Shown here in pieces: positions 9,309 through 18,901 of a DNA stretch of 60,961 nt (position 1 is its first letter; each line of letters starts with the position of its first letter). The notes beneath the pieces were generated by a model. It was given only the letters and a program-made list of their open reading frames with translations. It ran no database searches and was not told the origin of the DNA. The DNA is from an uncultured Candidatus Saccharibacteria bacterium. Lineage in GTDB: Bacteria; Patescibacteriota; Minisyncoccia; Phycocordibacterales; PALSA-1337. The stretch lies in assembly GCA_964565685.1 (NCBI GenBank), contig CAZMFR010000006.1, forward strand, positions 1 through 60,961, given 5' to 3'. Made by a program: the position numbers and the translations under genes.

Positions 9309-9860
9309 TTAGCTCAAGATCTCCTTCTCTTTCTTTGAAAAAACAGCTTCGAGGTTTTTATTGGTGTCATCGACGAGCTTTTGGGCGTCTTTTTCTAAAC
9401 GAAAGATGTCGTCCTTGCCAAAACCGCCGGTCTTTTCCTTGCCTTTTATGTCCTTGATCGTTTCATCGCGGTGAGCGCGGATCTGTTTTTTTCCTTCTTC
9501 TAATTTTTCTCTTGCTGTCTTCACGATCTCCGTCCTGCGCTCGGAAGTCAATTCCGGAAAATTGACACGGAGACCTTTGTCATCGACTGCGACTGACAGG
9601 CCGAGATTGGCCTGACTGATGGCTTTCTCTACCCCTTTTGCCTGAGACATGTCCCAAGGCGTGATGCGAATGGTACGCGAACCCTCGATGCCTATATTAG
9701 CTACCTGGCTGATCGGCACTTGTGCGCCATAGGATTCGACGCGTACAGCGTCTAATATGGCCGGATTGGCTTGGCCTGTGCGGATATTGGCGAACTCTTT
9801 TTTTATCCACTCCTCCACGCCGGCGAGATTCTTTTTTAATTTTGAAAAGTCGTATGTCAT
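9309..9860 (-). CDS. frr: Ribosome recycling factor
   Basis: IRTGQANPAILD, FPELTSERR, KKEKEIL. Confidence 0.97.
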   Translation of the reverse strand: MTYDFSKLKKNLAGVEEWIKKEFANIRTGQANPAILDAVRVESYGAQVPISQVANIGIEGSRTIRITPWDMSQAKGVEKAISQANLGLSVAVDDKGLRVNFPELTSERRTEIVKTAREKLEEGKKQIRAHRDETIKDIKGKEKTGGFGKDDIFRLEKDAQKLVDDTNKNLEAVFSKKEKEILS

Positions 9861-10191
9861 GCGAGAAGTATAAAGTTAAAAGTAAAAAGTTGCAAGCGGA
9901 AAATCGGGATAAAAAAATAACCCTGCACAAAATGTGCAGAGTGTAAGGATGAGAAGTGGAAAAGAAGGATGGGAGATGGAAAATGTATCGGGGCAAAAAA
10001 TGCGGCTGAGAGGACTTGAAAATTAGAGTCATATAAAGCCGATACAAGATCCGCTCGCCATCCGTCGATTCCACTTGCTCAAAGAACTTACAACAAAAGT
10101 ATACACGTTCAAATGAAAAAGTCAATAAAAAATAACTTCAGACAAGCAATTATAAGCAAAGTCAAACAGCTAAATCAGCTCTATTTTTTGC

Positions 10192-10953
10192 TTATTTTCC
10201 ATTGTTCTTTCGTTCATTTTTTGACATCCTTAGCATCACATATTCAAGAAGCTGTTTGGTCGACGGCGCGCGGTCACGCAGATAGGACTCTGTTTGGGCA
10301 ATTACGGCAAGAATAGCGGCGTTCTCTTTTATGCCATTATTTAGAAGATATCGAGAAAGATCGGCACAAAAATCTAGAGCGGCAGATTTCGGTTTTTTGC
10401 CATCGGAAATGTCAGCGGCGAGCTTGTCGACAAAGGCGATGCGCTCGGCTGGCGATGAAACAATGAGATCGGCTATATTCCAAGGGCTACCCTTGGAATC
10501 TTTTTCAAGGGCTACCCTTGGATCGCGTACCATAAACAGCCGCGATCGCAATGTCGGCAAAAGCAATTCTTCGGACGGAATGATCAAGAAAAAATGTGCG
10601 TATTCATTCGGTTCTTCAAAAATCTTCAACAAGGCGTTTTGTGCTTCATGAGTGATCGAATCTGTCTCGATGATGAAAAACTTTCGGCCGCCGCCTAATT
10701 TTTTGTCGTTTTCATCATTTTTGCCGCCTCTCGAAGAAAAAGGCCTCGTGGCATGGGCTAATTTTAGTCCGCGCGCGTCATCTATCGTCAAAACCTCATA
10801 TTTTTGCATAAAAACATCAGGATTGCCGCGCATTACAACACCACATTCTTCTTCTAAAAAAGAAGCTACCTCTTGGCACACAGACGCACCGCCGACGACG
10901 CAATATGCGTGATGGGAAAGATTGCCCAGAGATTGCGATAAATTCATGTTCAT
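10192..10953 (-). CDS. holB: DNA polymerase III delta-prime-like clamp loader subunit
   Basis: EAQNALLKIFEEP and LLPTLRSR motifs; start may be 10947. Confidence 0.75.
   Translation of the reverse strand: MNMNLSQSLGNLSHHAYCVVGGASVCQEVASFLEEECGVVMRGNPDVFMQKYEVLTIDDARGLKLAHATRPFSSRGGKNDENDKKLGGGRKFFIIETDSITHEAQNALLKIFEEPNEYAHFFLIIPSEELLLPTLRSRLFMVRDPRVALEKDSKGSPWNIADLIVSSPAERIAFVDKLAADISDGKKPKSAALDFCADLSRYLLNNGIKENAAILAVIAQTESYLRDRAPSTKQLLEYVMLRMSKNERKNNGK
10477..10520. repeat. Two CAAGGGCTACCCTTG palindromes inside the holB-like CDS (copies 4 and 5)
   Basis: Cores at 10481-10495 and 10506-10520. Confidence 0.9.
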
Positions 10954-10985
10954 ATTGTATCCCTTATATCATTCCTGCGAAAGGA

Positions 10986-11076
10986 CAAGGGTAGCCCTTG
11001 TACTTTTTATAATGCTACCCTCGTACAACAAAGCCCCTCTGCGGGGCTTTTTGTGTTTATCCAAGGGCTACCCTTG
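10986..11076. repeat. Palindrome copies 6 (10986-11000) and 7 (11062-11076) flanking a terminator hairpin
   Basis: Exact 15-mer cores with AAGCCCC-tctgc-GGGGCTT at 11031-11049 between them. Confidence 0.85.
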
Positions 11077-11086
11077 GATTGGAAAT

Positions 11087-12631
11087 CTAGAATGCTTTTA
11101 CGATATGATTCCAAACCGATCCCCAGAAATTATTCCATGCCGGAGCAAAACCGCCGACGGCAGCCACGTTGGTAGAAGCGCCTGCGCCATTCTGTCCAAT
11201 TATAGGCGTCAAAGGCGTAGTGCTAGCGTTCGGAGTAGTCGTGGAATTAGCCGCACCGTTAGAAGGGACAGCTATACCAGTAGCATTATTAGAACCGTTT
11301 TGGCCTTGTTGATTTTTGTAAGCATTGATGATAGCCAATTCAGCCGGACTAAAGGTCAATGACGCATTGCAAGCCAATTCATTTATCTTTTTTTCCGTAG
11401 TTATATAGACGTATCCGGAAGGATGCGTCGCACCCCAAGGACCCATGATGTCAGACAGATATTTCTGTTGGAAAGCTTTCACGGCGTTGAGCGTCTGTTG
11501 ATCGAATATACCATTAATGTCCACGTTGAGGCCTTGCGATTCCTGGAGGAAGGCCTGTAGCTTCGATACCTGTGAAGCATCATTGTTTGAGCCAAATTGA
11601 AGATAAGAAGTCAATAGCGGGCAAGAATCGATGGTTGTCGTAGCTGTGGTGGTTGCCGAAGAGACGAGAGGATTAATCGATGAACCACTGCTCGAGCTCG
11701 ATGAACCGCCACCGTAATTTATAGTTTGGATCGCGGGAGTTGAAGTAGGAGTAGTCGTAGATTGAGATGTCGTCTGTGTGACAATAACGTTAAAAGTTGT
11801 CGAAGCAGAATTCCCTGCATTATCTGTGGCTGTGCATGTGACCGCTGTTGTCCCGGCACTGAACAATGAACCACTCGCTGGAACACAAACAGGAGTGATC
11901 GAACCGTCTACAGCATCGGTAGCTGAAGGAAGCGTGTAATTGACTATGACGCTCGTGCCAGAAGTCGTGGTAGATATATCGGAAACAGAGCTTATAACTG
12001 GAGGAGTGGTGTCAGAACCAGAATTATCTTGATTCTGGTTATTTGATGGGTTTGAACCGAATAGCCCATTTCCGTCTTGATTAGGATTTGTAGAAGAACT
12101 TGAACTTGCTGATCCAGATCCGTCTTGGTTTCCGTTGTTAGATGGATTGTTTGAAAAATTTCCAGGGTCGGTTGCACCAGTCACTATGAAATTCACACTG
12201 CCAGTCAAAGGAGGGTTCGGACTAGAAGTAACAGCGGAATTGGCAGACTCGGTCAAAGTTGTCGTGAAAGTATATGTACCATTGATATCACCATCATAAG
12301 TCGGCGAACTAGTCCATGTAGTGACATTCCAATTTTCATACGTTCCATTGCTCAAATAAACAATGAAATAGCTTGGTAAACAGGATACAAAAGGACCAGC
12401 AGAACAATTAATGGTGCCGAGATCAGCAACGGGAAGCACATTTTGGACAGTAATAATAGGAGAAGGAGCAATTATAGAGTTATCTTGAGCTAGGTTTGTG
12501 GAAGGGCTAACACTGAATGTCCCGGTGGCATCTTCATCGGCTTTGGTCAAAATCGGTTGCAATAGACTCAAACCAAGGATAAAAGCCATAATTAAAGCTG
12601 TATTTGTAAATAAATTAATTTTGTTTTTCAT
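11087..12631 (-). CDS. Secreted surface protein: Ig-like (Big_4-like) + HYR + peptidoglycan-binding domains
   Basis: Signal peptide; TW...YDG..GTYTF; DTTPPVI...ATDAVDG...TCTATDNAGN (HYR); LQAFL...GIFDQQTLNAVKAFQ. Confidence 0.8.
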   Translation of the reverse strand: MKNKINLFTNTALIMAFILGLSLLQPILTKADEDATGTFSVSPSTNLAQDNSIIAPSPIITVQNVLPVADLGTINCSAGPFVSCLPSYFIVYLSNGTYENWNVTTWTSSPTYDGDINGTYTFTTTLTESANSAVTSSPNPPLTGSVNFIVTGATDPGNFSNNPSNNGNQDGSGSASSSSSTNPNQDGNGLFGSNPSNNQNQDNSGSDTTPPVISSVSDISTTTSGTSVIVNYTLPSATDAVDGSITPVCVPASGSLFSAGTTAVTCTATDNAGNSASTTFNVIVTQTTSQSTTTPTSTPAIQTINYGGGSSSSSSGSSINPLVSSATTTATTTIDSCPLLTSYLQFGSNNDASQVSKLQAFLQESQGLNVDINGIFDQQTLNAVKAFQQKYLSDIMGPWGATHPSGYVYITTEKKINELACNASLTFSPAELAIINAYKNQQGQNGSNNATGIAVPSNGAANSTTTPNASTTPLTPIIGQNGAGASTNVAAVGGFAPAWNNFWGSVWNHIVKAF

Positions 12632-12905
12632 TGTAATGATTTTATAATAATTTGATATTTTAGCGTCCCCTATATATAAATTACTAGAGAAGACAACCCT
12701 ATCATAAAGGCATGTCATTGTCAAATATTTTACCCCCTATTCTAAGTTAGACCCTTTAATTAAAATGATTCTTGTAAATAACAAGTGTATTCTTTTGACT
12801 TCGCTCGGATATTGCGCGCACAAACATCCGTACAATCCTTGGCTGGCAAAAGAAAAAATGCAGGTGCTTGAAGCGCCCTGCATTTGTGATGATTCGTCGC
12901 AGCAA

Positions 12906-14081
12906 TCAGTTGCTCGGCTTGAAAAAATTTGTTGAGTATGAGCTCAACATACCTTTGGCCAAAGATATTGAATGCGGCTGCAGAACAAGTGTGTCAGATT
13001 GGAGAATGACGTTCGTGTTTTGTGACAATTTTACAAACACGACTTCATGCGGAGGAAAGCTCGGGTCTTCATATGAGTAACCCGTGCTCGCCGAAGCATT
13101 GTCCAATGTCCAACCAACATCATTGTAACGGCTGGGCAATCCATCATACAACGTAGACAGTGCCACCGACACAGTGTAGGTGTTTGTCGCCGGCGCCATC
13201 AGTGAAAACAACCTGGTGTTACCACGCGGCGTGGGCCAATAACTCCACAAGAAGTTTGTAGGAGCTTGACCATCCTGATAAACAGGCACGGTCCATGAAT
13301 GGTTCTCGCTAAATTGGCCACTTTCGTTTGTCCATGTATAAGTGTAGGTAAACGTAAACATATGACCGGTGCCAATATAAGATTCGACAGCATTGACCGC
13401 CGTCTGACCATATTGGCTCACATCGGCTCCGACACGAGCGCCTATGAAAACGATCGCATCAACCGGGATACTGCCTGGACCACTCGTGACAAGTGTCTGA
13501 TCGTTCCCGAACAGGACGCCGCTTGGTCCTTTTATTATACCCACACGGCTAACGCTATAGCCAAGGCCTGCCAATGTTGAGTTGTTATCGAGGTAACCCA
13601 CAGGATAATCAATAACACTCGTGCTCAAGCCATCCAGAGTAATCTGCGCGCCGTTTCCGACAAATACACCACCGCAATACAGACGTTGACCTTCCATGCC
13701 GACATAATTAGTGTTGGCCGGATTGAGCTGCCCCAACCACAAAGTATTTGTGGTAACCCCTGGTGTGACGACCATTAGGTCGCTTGCCAGGAAGAACGGC
13801 TTGATCTCGACGCCAATCGGATTATTGAGTCGATTGGCCGTCTGAATCGGAGCGCCGCCATGAATGGCGAGCCCGTTCATATAAGTGCCGCGTGATAGAT
13901 AGAACTGTGAGTTCGTATCGTTAATAAGCGACGCGGGAAACGGATACCACAACACATGTGGCGGAGTTGCCAAAACATGTGTTGATTTTAACGGCGCCGC
14001 TTGACTGTTGATGACGCTGAATCCGAGACCGGCCATACAAAGTATGACCCCGATAACTGACCAATTTTTAATGTTCTTCAT
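12906..14081 (-). CDS. Secreted beta-rich hypothetical protein
   Basis: N-terminal signal peptide, 391 aa, no family recognised. Confidence 0.7.
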   Translation of the reverse strand: MKNIKNWSVIGVILCMAGLGFSVINSQAAPLKSTHVLATPPHVLWYPFPASLINDTNSQFYLSRGTYMNGLAIHGGAPIQTANRLNNPIGVEIKPFFLASDLMVVTPGVTTNTLWLGQLNPANTNYVGMEGQRLYCGGVFVGNGAQITLDGLSTSVIDYPVGYLDNNSTLAGLGYSVSRVGIIKGPSGVLFGNDQTLVTSGPGSIPVDAIVFIGARVGADVSQYGQTAVNAVESYIGTGHMFTFTYTYTWTNESGQFSENHSWTVPVYQDGQAPTNFLWSYWPTPRGNTRLFSLMAPATNTYTVSVALSTLYDGLPSRYNDVGWTLDNASASTGYSYEDPSFPPHEVVFVKLSQNTNVILQSDTLVLQPHSISLAKGMLSSYSTNFFKPSN

Positions 14082-14369
14082 AATGTCCTTTTTTCTTCGT
14101 GTGTTCTTTTTTTACCCACAATCCTCAGCCGAAAGCCCATAAAAGAGCCCTCTTTAAGTTTTTAGCTGCAAATTATACGGGTTACTTCTGGATACTTTTT
14201 AGCAAACTCTTGACCTTTTGTCAATGAAGTGTAAGAGAACTCCGATTGTGATTATGTGGTCATATTATCATGATGATTTCGCACGCTTCTTATCTTCTTT
14301 GATGTTAATAGATAGACAATGTGCACAATGATACTTGTATACACGTTCATCACTTGCCATAATGAAGGC

Positions 14370-15065
14370 ATGAGCGGCACAGCCATCACATATGCATTCC
14401 TCGCTGGCATTTTGCCGTCGCTTCTGTGGCTTTTCTTTTGGCTCCGCGAAGACAATCTTCATCCGGAGCCGCGCTTGGTCATAGCGTTGACTTTCCTTCT
14501 CGGTATGTTGTCTGTCGCTCTGGCTATATATGGCGAGAGCGTGGTCACTATTTTTGTCAAAAGCCAGACCGAACAATATATCGTCTGGGCTATCATTGAA
14601 GAGGTGGTCAAGGGTCTCGCTGTCCTTATCATCTTTCTATTCACCGATCAGATAGACGAGCCGATCGATTTCATGATCTATTTCCTCACCGCCGCCCTGG
14701 GCTTTGCCGCCATAGAGAATTCTTTCTTTCTACTCAATCCGTTGTCGAATGGCAATATATCGGCATCGATCGCTGTCGGCGATTTCAGATTCATAGGCGC
14801 CACCCTCGTTCACACTGTCTCCTCGACTTTTATCGGCTTTTGCCTTGCTCTGGCTTTTTATCAAAGATTTTGGACAAAGATTTTTATGGGAATCATCGGC
14901 CTTATCGGCGCTTCCGCGATACATAGCGCATTCAATCTATCTGTCCTTTCATCTGCGCCGCAGAATACAATTTCCATTTTCGCATGGATCTGGTGCGCCG
15001 TTATTGTCTTGATAATCTTGTTTGAAGAGGTCAAAGCAGTTCATCCGCTTCTACCAGCGACCTAG
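14370..15065 (+). CDS. PrsW-family intramembrane metalloprotease
   Basis: IIEEVVK, GFAAIEN, two conserved His segments; start adjusted to the ATG after a CATAAT -10. Confidence 0.85.
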   Translation: MSGTAITYAFLAGILPSLLWLFFWLREDNLHPEPRLVIALTFLLGMLSVALAIYGESVVTIFVKSQTEQYIVWAIIEEVVKGLAVLIIFLFTDQIDEPIDFMIYFLTAALGFAAIENSFFLLNPLSNGNISASIAVGDFRFIGATLVHTVSSTFIGFCLALAFYQRFWTKIFMGIIGLIGASAIHSAFNLSVLSSAPQNTISIFAWIWCAVIVLIILFEEVKAVHPLLPAT

Positions 15066-15177
15066 AGCATTAGAACAAGAGAATCGGAAAAACAATCTTT
15101 ATCCACAGTCAATTCAACATAATTAAAGCCGTGTTATGTGATATAATCCACTCATACAGTTTAAAAAATTAATTTCT

Positions 15178-15663
15178 ATGGCAAAAAACAAACCATCATT
15201 TTTTGAACGGCTGACAGGCGCCGTCAAATTGGACGAAACGGAGGAGCGAAACGATCCCATCAGCGTCTCAAAGACGCGGACCATGGAGACTCCGTCCGTC
15301 AAGGCCGGTTCATGGATAGAAGAAAGCGCCGAGGAGGGCGAGCTCACTGTCGATGTCTATCAAAACAACGACACTATCTTCATAAAGGCCATGATTGCCG
15401 GCGTCCGACCGGAAGATCTAGATATAAATATCAGCCGCGACATGGTGACTATCCGTGGAAAACGTGAAGAAGAGCGCCTCAGCTCTTCCGATGATTATTT
15501 TATCCGCGAACTCTATTGGGGCTCTTTCTCGCGCGATATTTCCCTGCCAGAAGAGATCGATGTGGATGAAGCCGAAGCGATAGAAAAACACGGCTTGCTG
15601 ATGCTCCGTTTACCAAAACTAGACAAAAAACGCCAGTCGAAATTAAAAGTCAAGACAATTTGA
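15178..15663 (+). CDS. Hsp20/alpha-crystallin small heat-shock protein
   Basis: VDVYQ...IAGVRPEDLDI...ELYWGSFSR.I.LP...GLL.LRLPK. Confidence 0.93.
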   Translation: MAKNKPSFFERLTGAVKLDETEERNDPISVSKTRTMETPSVKAGSWIEESAEEGELTVDVYQNNDTIFIKAMIAGVRPEDLDINISRDMVTIRGKREEERLSSSDDYFIRELYWGSFSRDISLPEEIDVDEAEAIEKHGLLMLRLPKLDKKRQSKLKVKTI

Positions 15664-15683
15664 TATATGCTCTGTGCTCGTTG

Positions 15684-15754
15684 TGGACCTAGGGGGAATC
15701 GGACCCCCGCCTCGTCCATGCCATGGACGCGTCGTACCATTAGACTATAGGCCC
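15684..15754 (-). tRNA. tRNA-Ala(GGC)
   Basis: Cloverleaf with CGTCC/GGACG anticodon stem, GGC anticodon, G3:U70 acceptor pair. Confidence 0.92.
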
Positions 15755-15831
15755 GGGATTTCTCAATCTTATCATATCGTTTGAGTAATTTCAAAAAATA
15801 ACGTAAGCTGGACAATATGAATTAAATAAGA

Positions 15832-15905
15832 GCACCCTTAGCTCAGTTGGCTAGAGCGCGCCCTTCACACGGGCGAGGTCGCAAGTTCGAGCCTTGCAGG
15901 GTGCA
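15832..15905 (+). tRNA. tRNA-Val(CAC)
   Basis: GCACCCT/AGGGTGC acceptor, CGCCC-tt-CAC-ac-GGGCG anticodon arm, GTTCGA T-loop. Confidence 0.93.
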
Positions 15906-15915
15906 CAAATATATT

Positions 15916-17142
15916 ATGATCACTCTCGGCATAGAAACATCATGCGACGAAACCGCCTTATGTCTTCTTGAAACAAGAGGAGATTATCCTGCTCTAGAAT
16001 ATCGCGTCTTGGCGCATCTAATCCATTCACAGATTGATGTCCATTCAAAATACGGCGGCGTATATCCGATGATGGCAAAGCGAGAGCACGCAAAACGGAT
16101 CGTTCCTCTCCTCGAACAGACGATAAGGGAATCCGGCATCGAAACAAAAAAAATCGAAGCAATCCAATCAGACGATCCGGCAGGACCGCAATCTACGCTG
16201 GAAAATATTAGGAAGATCTGCGGCGAGCATGATGAAGACCTGTGGCGCTCAATCGTCGCGTCTTCTCTGATCAAAGAAAAACCAGCCATCGACAGGATCG
16301 CCGTTACCCATGGTCCAGGTCTCGAACCAGCCCTTTGGGTCGGAATAAACTTCGCCAATGCCCTGTCTGAACTCTGGAGAGTCCCCGTGATCGGCGAGAA
16401 TCATATGGAAGGGCATATCGCCTCCAGCATTTTGCCGCAAACAGAGATAAGGCATGATTTTGAAAAATTGATCAATTGTCCTTTTCCCGCTATGGCTTTT
16501 TTGCTTTCTGGCGGCCATACAGAAATAGTTTTGGTCAAGAAAATCGGCCAATATGAGATTTTGGGACAGACGCGAGACGATGCCGCCGGAGAAGCTTTCG
16601 ATAAAGTGGCACGCATGCTCGGGCTCCCATATCCAGGCGGTCCGGAGATATCGAGAATGGCGGAAATAGAGAGGACAAAAAGAACGAAGGCAGATATATC
16701 AGCTATATCTTTGCCTCGCCCAATGATTGATGCCGACACTCTCGACATGTCATTCGCCGGATTAAAAACAGCCGTGCTATATGAATTGCGCAAACATGAA
16801 AAAATAGACGAGCATTTGAAAATGGAGGTTGCCAGAGAATTCGAGGATGCCGTCACCGATGTCGTGATCGCCAAGCTCGAGCGCGCTTTTGGCTCTCATG
16901 AGGCGCACGCGCTCATCGTCGGCGGCGGCGTTTTTGCGAACAAGCACATATTGCTGACTTGCAAAGAATTTTCTGCGCGGCGAGGGATCGCATTCCTTCA
17001 TCCGGCTCGCGGCCTATCCGGAGATAACGCATTGATGATCGCCATGGCTAGCGTCATAAACGGAAAAATCATGCCTTCGGCTACGATCGAAGATGGATTT
17101 AAAGTCGAAGGTATACGGGCACAAGGGAATCTGTCGTTATGA
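15916..17142 (+). CDS. tsaD: tRNA threonylcarbamoyladenosine biosynthesis protein TsaD
   Basis: LGIETSCDETA, GPGLEPAL, HMEGH, SGGHT, DDAAGEAFDK, DNALMIA. Confidence 0.95.
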   Translation: MITLGIETSCDETALCLLETRGDYPALEYRVLAHLIHSQIDVHSKYGGVYPMMAKREHAKRIVPLLEQTIRESGIETKKIEAIQSDDPAGPQSTLENIRKICGEHDEDLWRSIVASSLIKEKPAIDRIAVTHGPGLEPALWVGINFANALSELWRVPVIGENHMEGHIASSILPQTEIRHDFEKLINCPFPAMAFLLSGGHTEIVLVKKIGQYEILGQTRDDAAGEAFDKVARMLGLPYPGGPEISRMAEIERTKRTKADISAISLPRPMIDADTLDMSFAGLKTAVLYELRKHEKIDEHLKMEVAREFEDAVTDVVIAKLERAFGSHEAHALIVGGGVFANKHILLTCKEFSARRGIAFLHPARGLSGDNALMIAMASVINGKIMPSATIEDGFKVEGIRAQGNLSL

Positions 17143-17217
17143 TCCTAGATGCAAAATAGCGCCTTGTGCCTTGCCTTGTATTTTGAGGGTATTAACCGGA
17201 CGCTTATTCGTCAATTC

Positions 17218-17270
17218 AATGACCTCCTCCCCGCAGTTCTTGCAGGGTTTTCTGGAAAAGAAAAAAGCGC
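17218..17270. repeat. Internally deleted copy of the 170-bp repeat
   Basis: Left end AATGACCTCCTCCCCGCAGTTC joined to right end GGTTTTCTGGAAAAGAAAAAA. Confidence 0.8.
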
Positions 17271-17351
17271 ATCATGTTTCAAATGGTACGCTTTGATCAT
17301 AGGAATCGCCCTGAACCTTTCGGCCACGGCGGTTCTGTAGATCTTTGGATT

Positions 17352-17699
17352 TCAGGCGCCAGCTATCATTACCGCTTCTTCGATCAAATGCTTGAGCGGC
17401 ATTTTTTTTATGCGATTTTTGCGTTCCTCCTTGGAACGACGTTCAAAAATCCATAAACGAATCGGCCCATAGTCTCCTTCGCGAACATAGATATCATATT
17501 TAAATCTGTTCGCGTTCGCTATCCTTTGGAAACTTTGCAGAAATTCGCGGCTCGGGCATCGCCATAGATTGCGCCTCACTCCGTCTTGGCAGAGCTTGTC
17601 TCTGCATTCATACCATTCATCCAATTCGGAGGCGATGAGCACGTTCGTTTTCGGATCGCCTTTTGTGTCGATAAACCAAGTGTATCTGGTATTAGCCAT
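17352..17699 (-). CDS. Hypothetical protein
   Basis: 115-aa ORF; no motif recognised. Confidence 0.6.
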   Translation of the reverse strand: MANTRYTWFIDTKGDPKTNVLIASELDEWYECRDKLCQDGVRRNLWRCPSREFLQSFQRIANANRFKYDIYVREGDYGPIRLWIFERRSKEERKNRIKKMPLKHLIEEAVMIAGA

Positions 17700-17806
17700 G
17701 ATTTGCTCCTTTCGTGATGTCAATTCTAGTATTTGTTTTTGAAGTTTTCTCTAGTTTTTACGCTGTGCTGTTTTCTGACACCAATTTACCGCTTTTTCAT
17801 AAAAAA

Positions 17807-18190
17807 TCAAGATGATCTCTCGTTCTCTCTTTTTCTCACTTCCATCTCATTCAAGCCGAAATGATGCGCGACTTCGTGCCAAATGGTCTCTTCGATCATT
17901 TTTTTGACAGTAACGCCTTCCTGTTCTGCGGATCGAAGTATTGGCAGACGATATAGAGTTATCGTATCCGGCAATGCTCCGGTATAATTATCCCCTCTTT
18001 TTGTCAAAGGAATTCCGTGATACAGACCGAGCAGAGTCTCATTATCAGGCAATCTCATATCGCGACGAAGCTCGAAGGAGACATCATCCTCGATGATTAG
18101 CGCCACATTGGATATCAGATTGCGGAATCTTTCCGGCACGGACGAAAATCCGATGCTGGAGACGAGCGATTCAAAGTCTTTTGAATTCAT
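17807..18190 (-). CDS. Zincin-like metallopeptidase family protein
   Basis: LLGLYHG.P, PDTITLYR, WHEVAHHFG. Confidence 0.85.
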   Translation of the reverse strand: MNSKDFESLVSSIGFSSVPERFRNLISNVALIIEDDVSFELRRDMRLPDNETLLGLYHGIPLTKRGDNYTGALPDTITLYRLPILRSAEQEGVTVKKMIEETIWHEVAHHFGLNEMEVRKRENERSS

Positions 18191-18356
18191 GATCATATTA
18201 TATGCTATGTTATAGGAAATTTGGGCATTATATCACCCCATAATTTATCCACATAAGCATTTGCATTTTTACTTATACATGCTATTATTTAGTAGTACTA
18301 AGTATTTTGAAGAATCCGTTCGTGTCTCGCTTCCTATATTCGCTTGGATACCAGCA

Positions 18357-18788
18357 ATGTCATTCTTTATCAACAACCAGAAATTAGATACGCCGGCGGC
18401 GAGGATATTCGCCTTCTTTCGCATGGCTCGAGAGCAGATATTTTGCGCAAAGCCGCATTGCTCTTCTTCTTTCATGGACATCGCGATACTGCATGCCGCC
18501 ATGGAAAAAGACAACCCTTCGATGAAAGACGTAGCCGATATGCTCCGCATCACCGGACCATCGGCTACGGTCATGATCGATCGCCTCGTCGAAAGCGGCG
18601 AGCTGGTGCGCACTGAAGACAAGGAGGACCGCCGTGTCGTGCGCATCGGGATAACAGAGGCGGGCAAGAAGATATTAAAGAACGGAATAAAAGACAGCAT
18701 CGCTGGAATGGACAGATTCCTCGCCGTCCTAGACGGTAGAGAGCGACACATGCTGGACAAGCTGATTACTAAAATAATTTCACAATAA
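18357..18788 (+). CDS. MarR-family transcriptional regulator
   Basis: SATVMIDRLVESG.LVR..DKEDRRVVRI.ITEAG. Confidence 0.9.
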   Translation: MSFFINNQKLDTPAARIFAFFRMAREQIFCAKPHCSSSFMDIAILHAAMEKDNPSMKDVADMLRITGPSATVMIDRLVESGELVRTEDKEDRRVVRIGITEAGKKILKNGIKDSIAGMDRFLAVLDGRERHMLDKLITKIISQ

Positions 18789-18901
18789 AAACCAGTTAAA
18801 AACTCCGAATTAGAGACATGCCCCCTGAACCACCCCCCGACTATGGGCAGAGAAAAACAAGTATTTCGGCTCGGAGCTTTCGACCCAGGTATCACACCAA
18901 C

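Noticed and set aside
14085-14260. Possible riboswitch (GCCGAAAGC tetraloop) upstream of the secreted protein
   Set aside because: Could not fit it to any riboswitch consensus.
15060-15177. CIRCE/HrcA operator upstream of hsp20
   Set aside because: No TTAGCACTC-N9-GAGTGCTAA present.
15847-15915. N-terminal extension of tsaD in the ORF track
   Set aside because: It reads through tRNA-Val; the real start is 15916. The same applies to the 55186 extension through tRNA-Leu.
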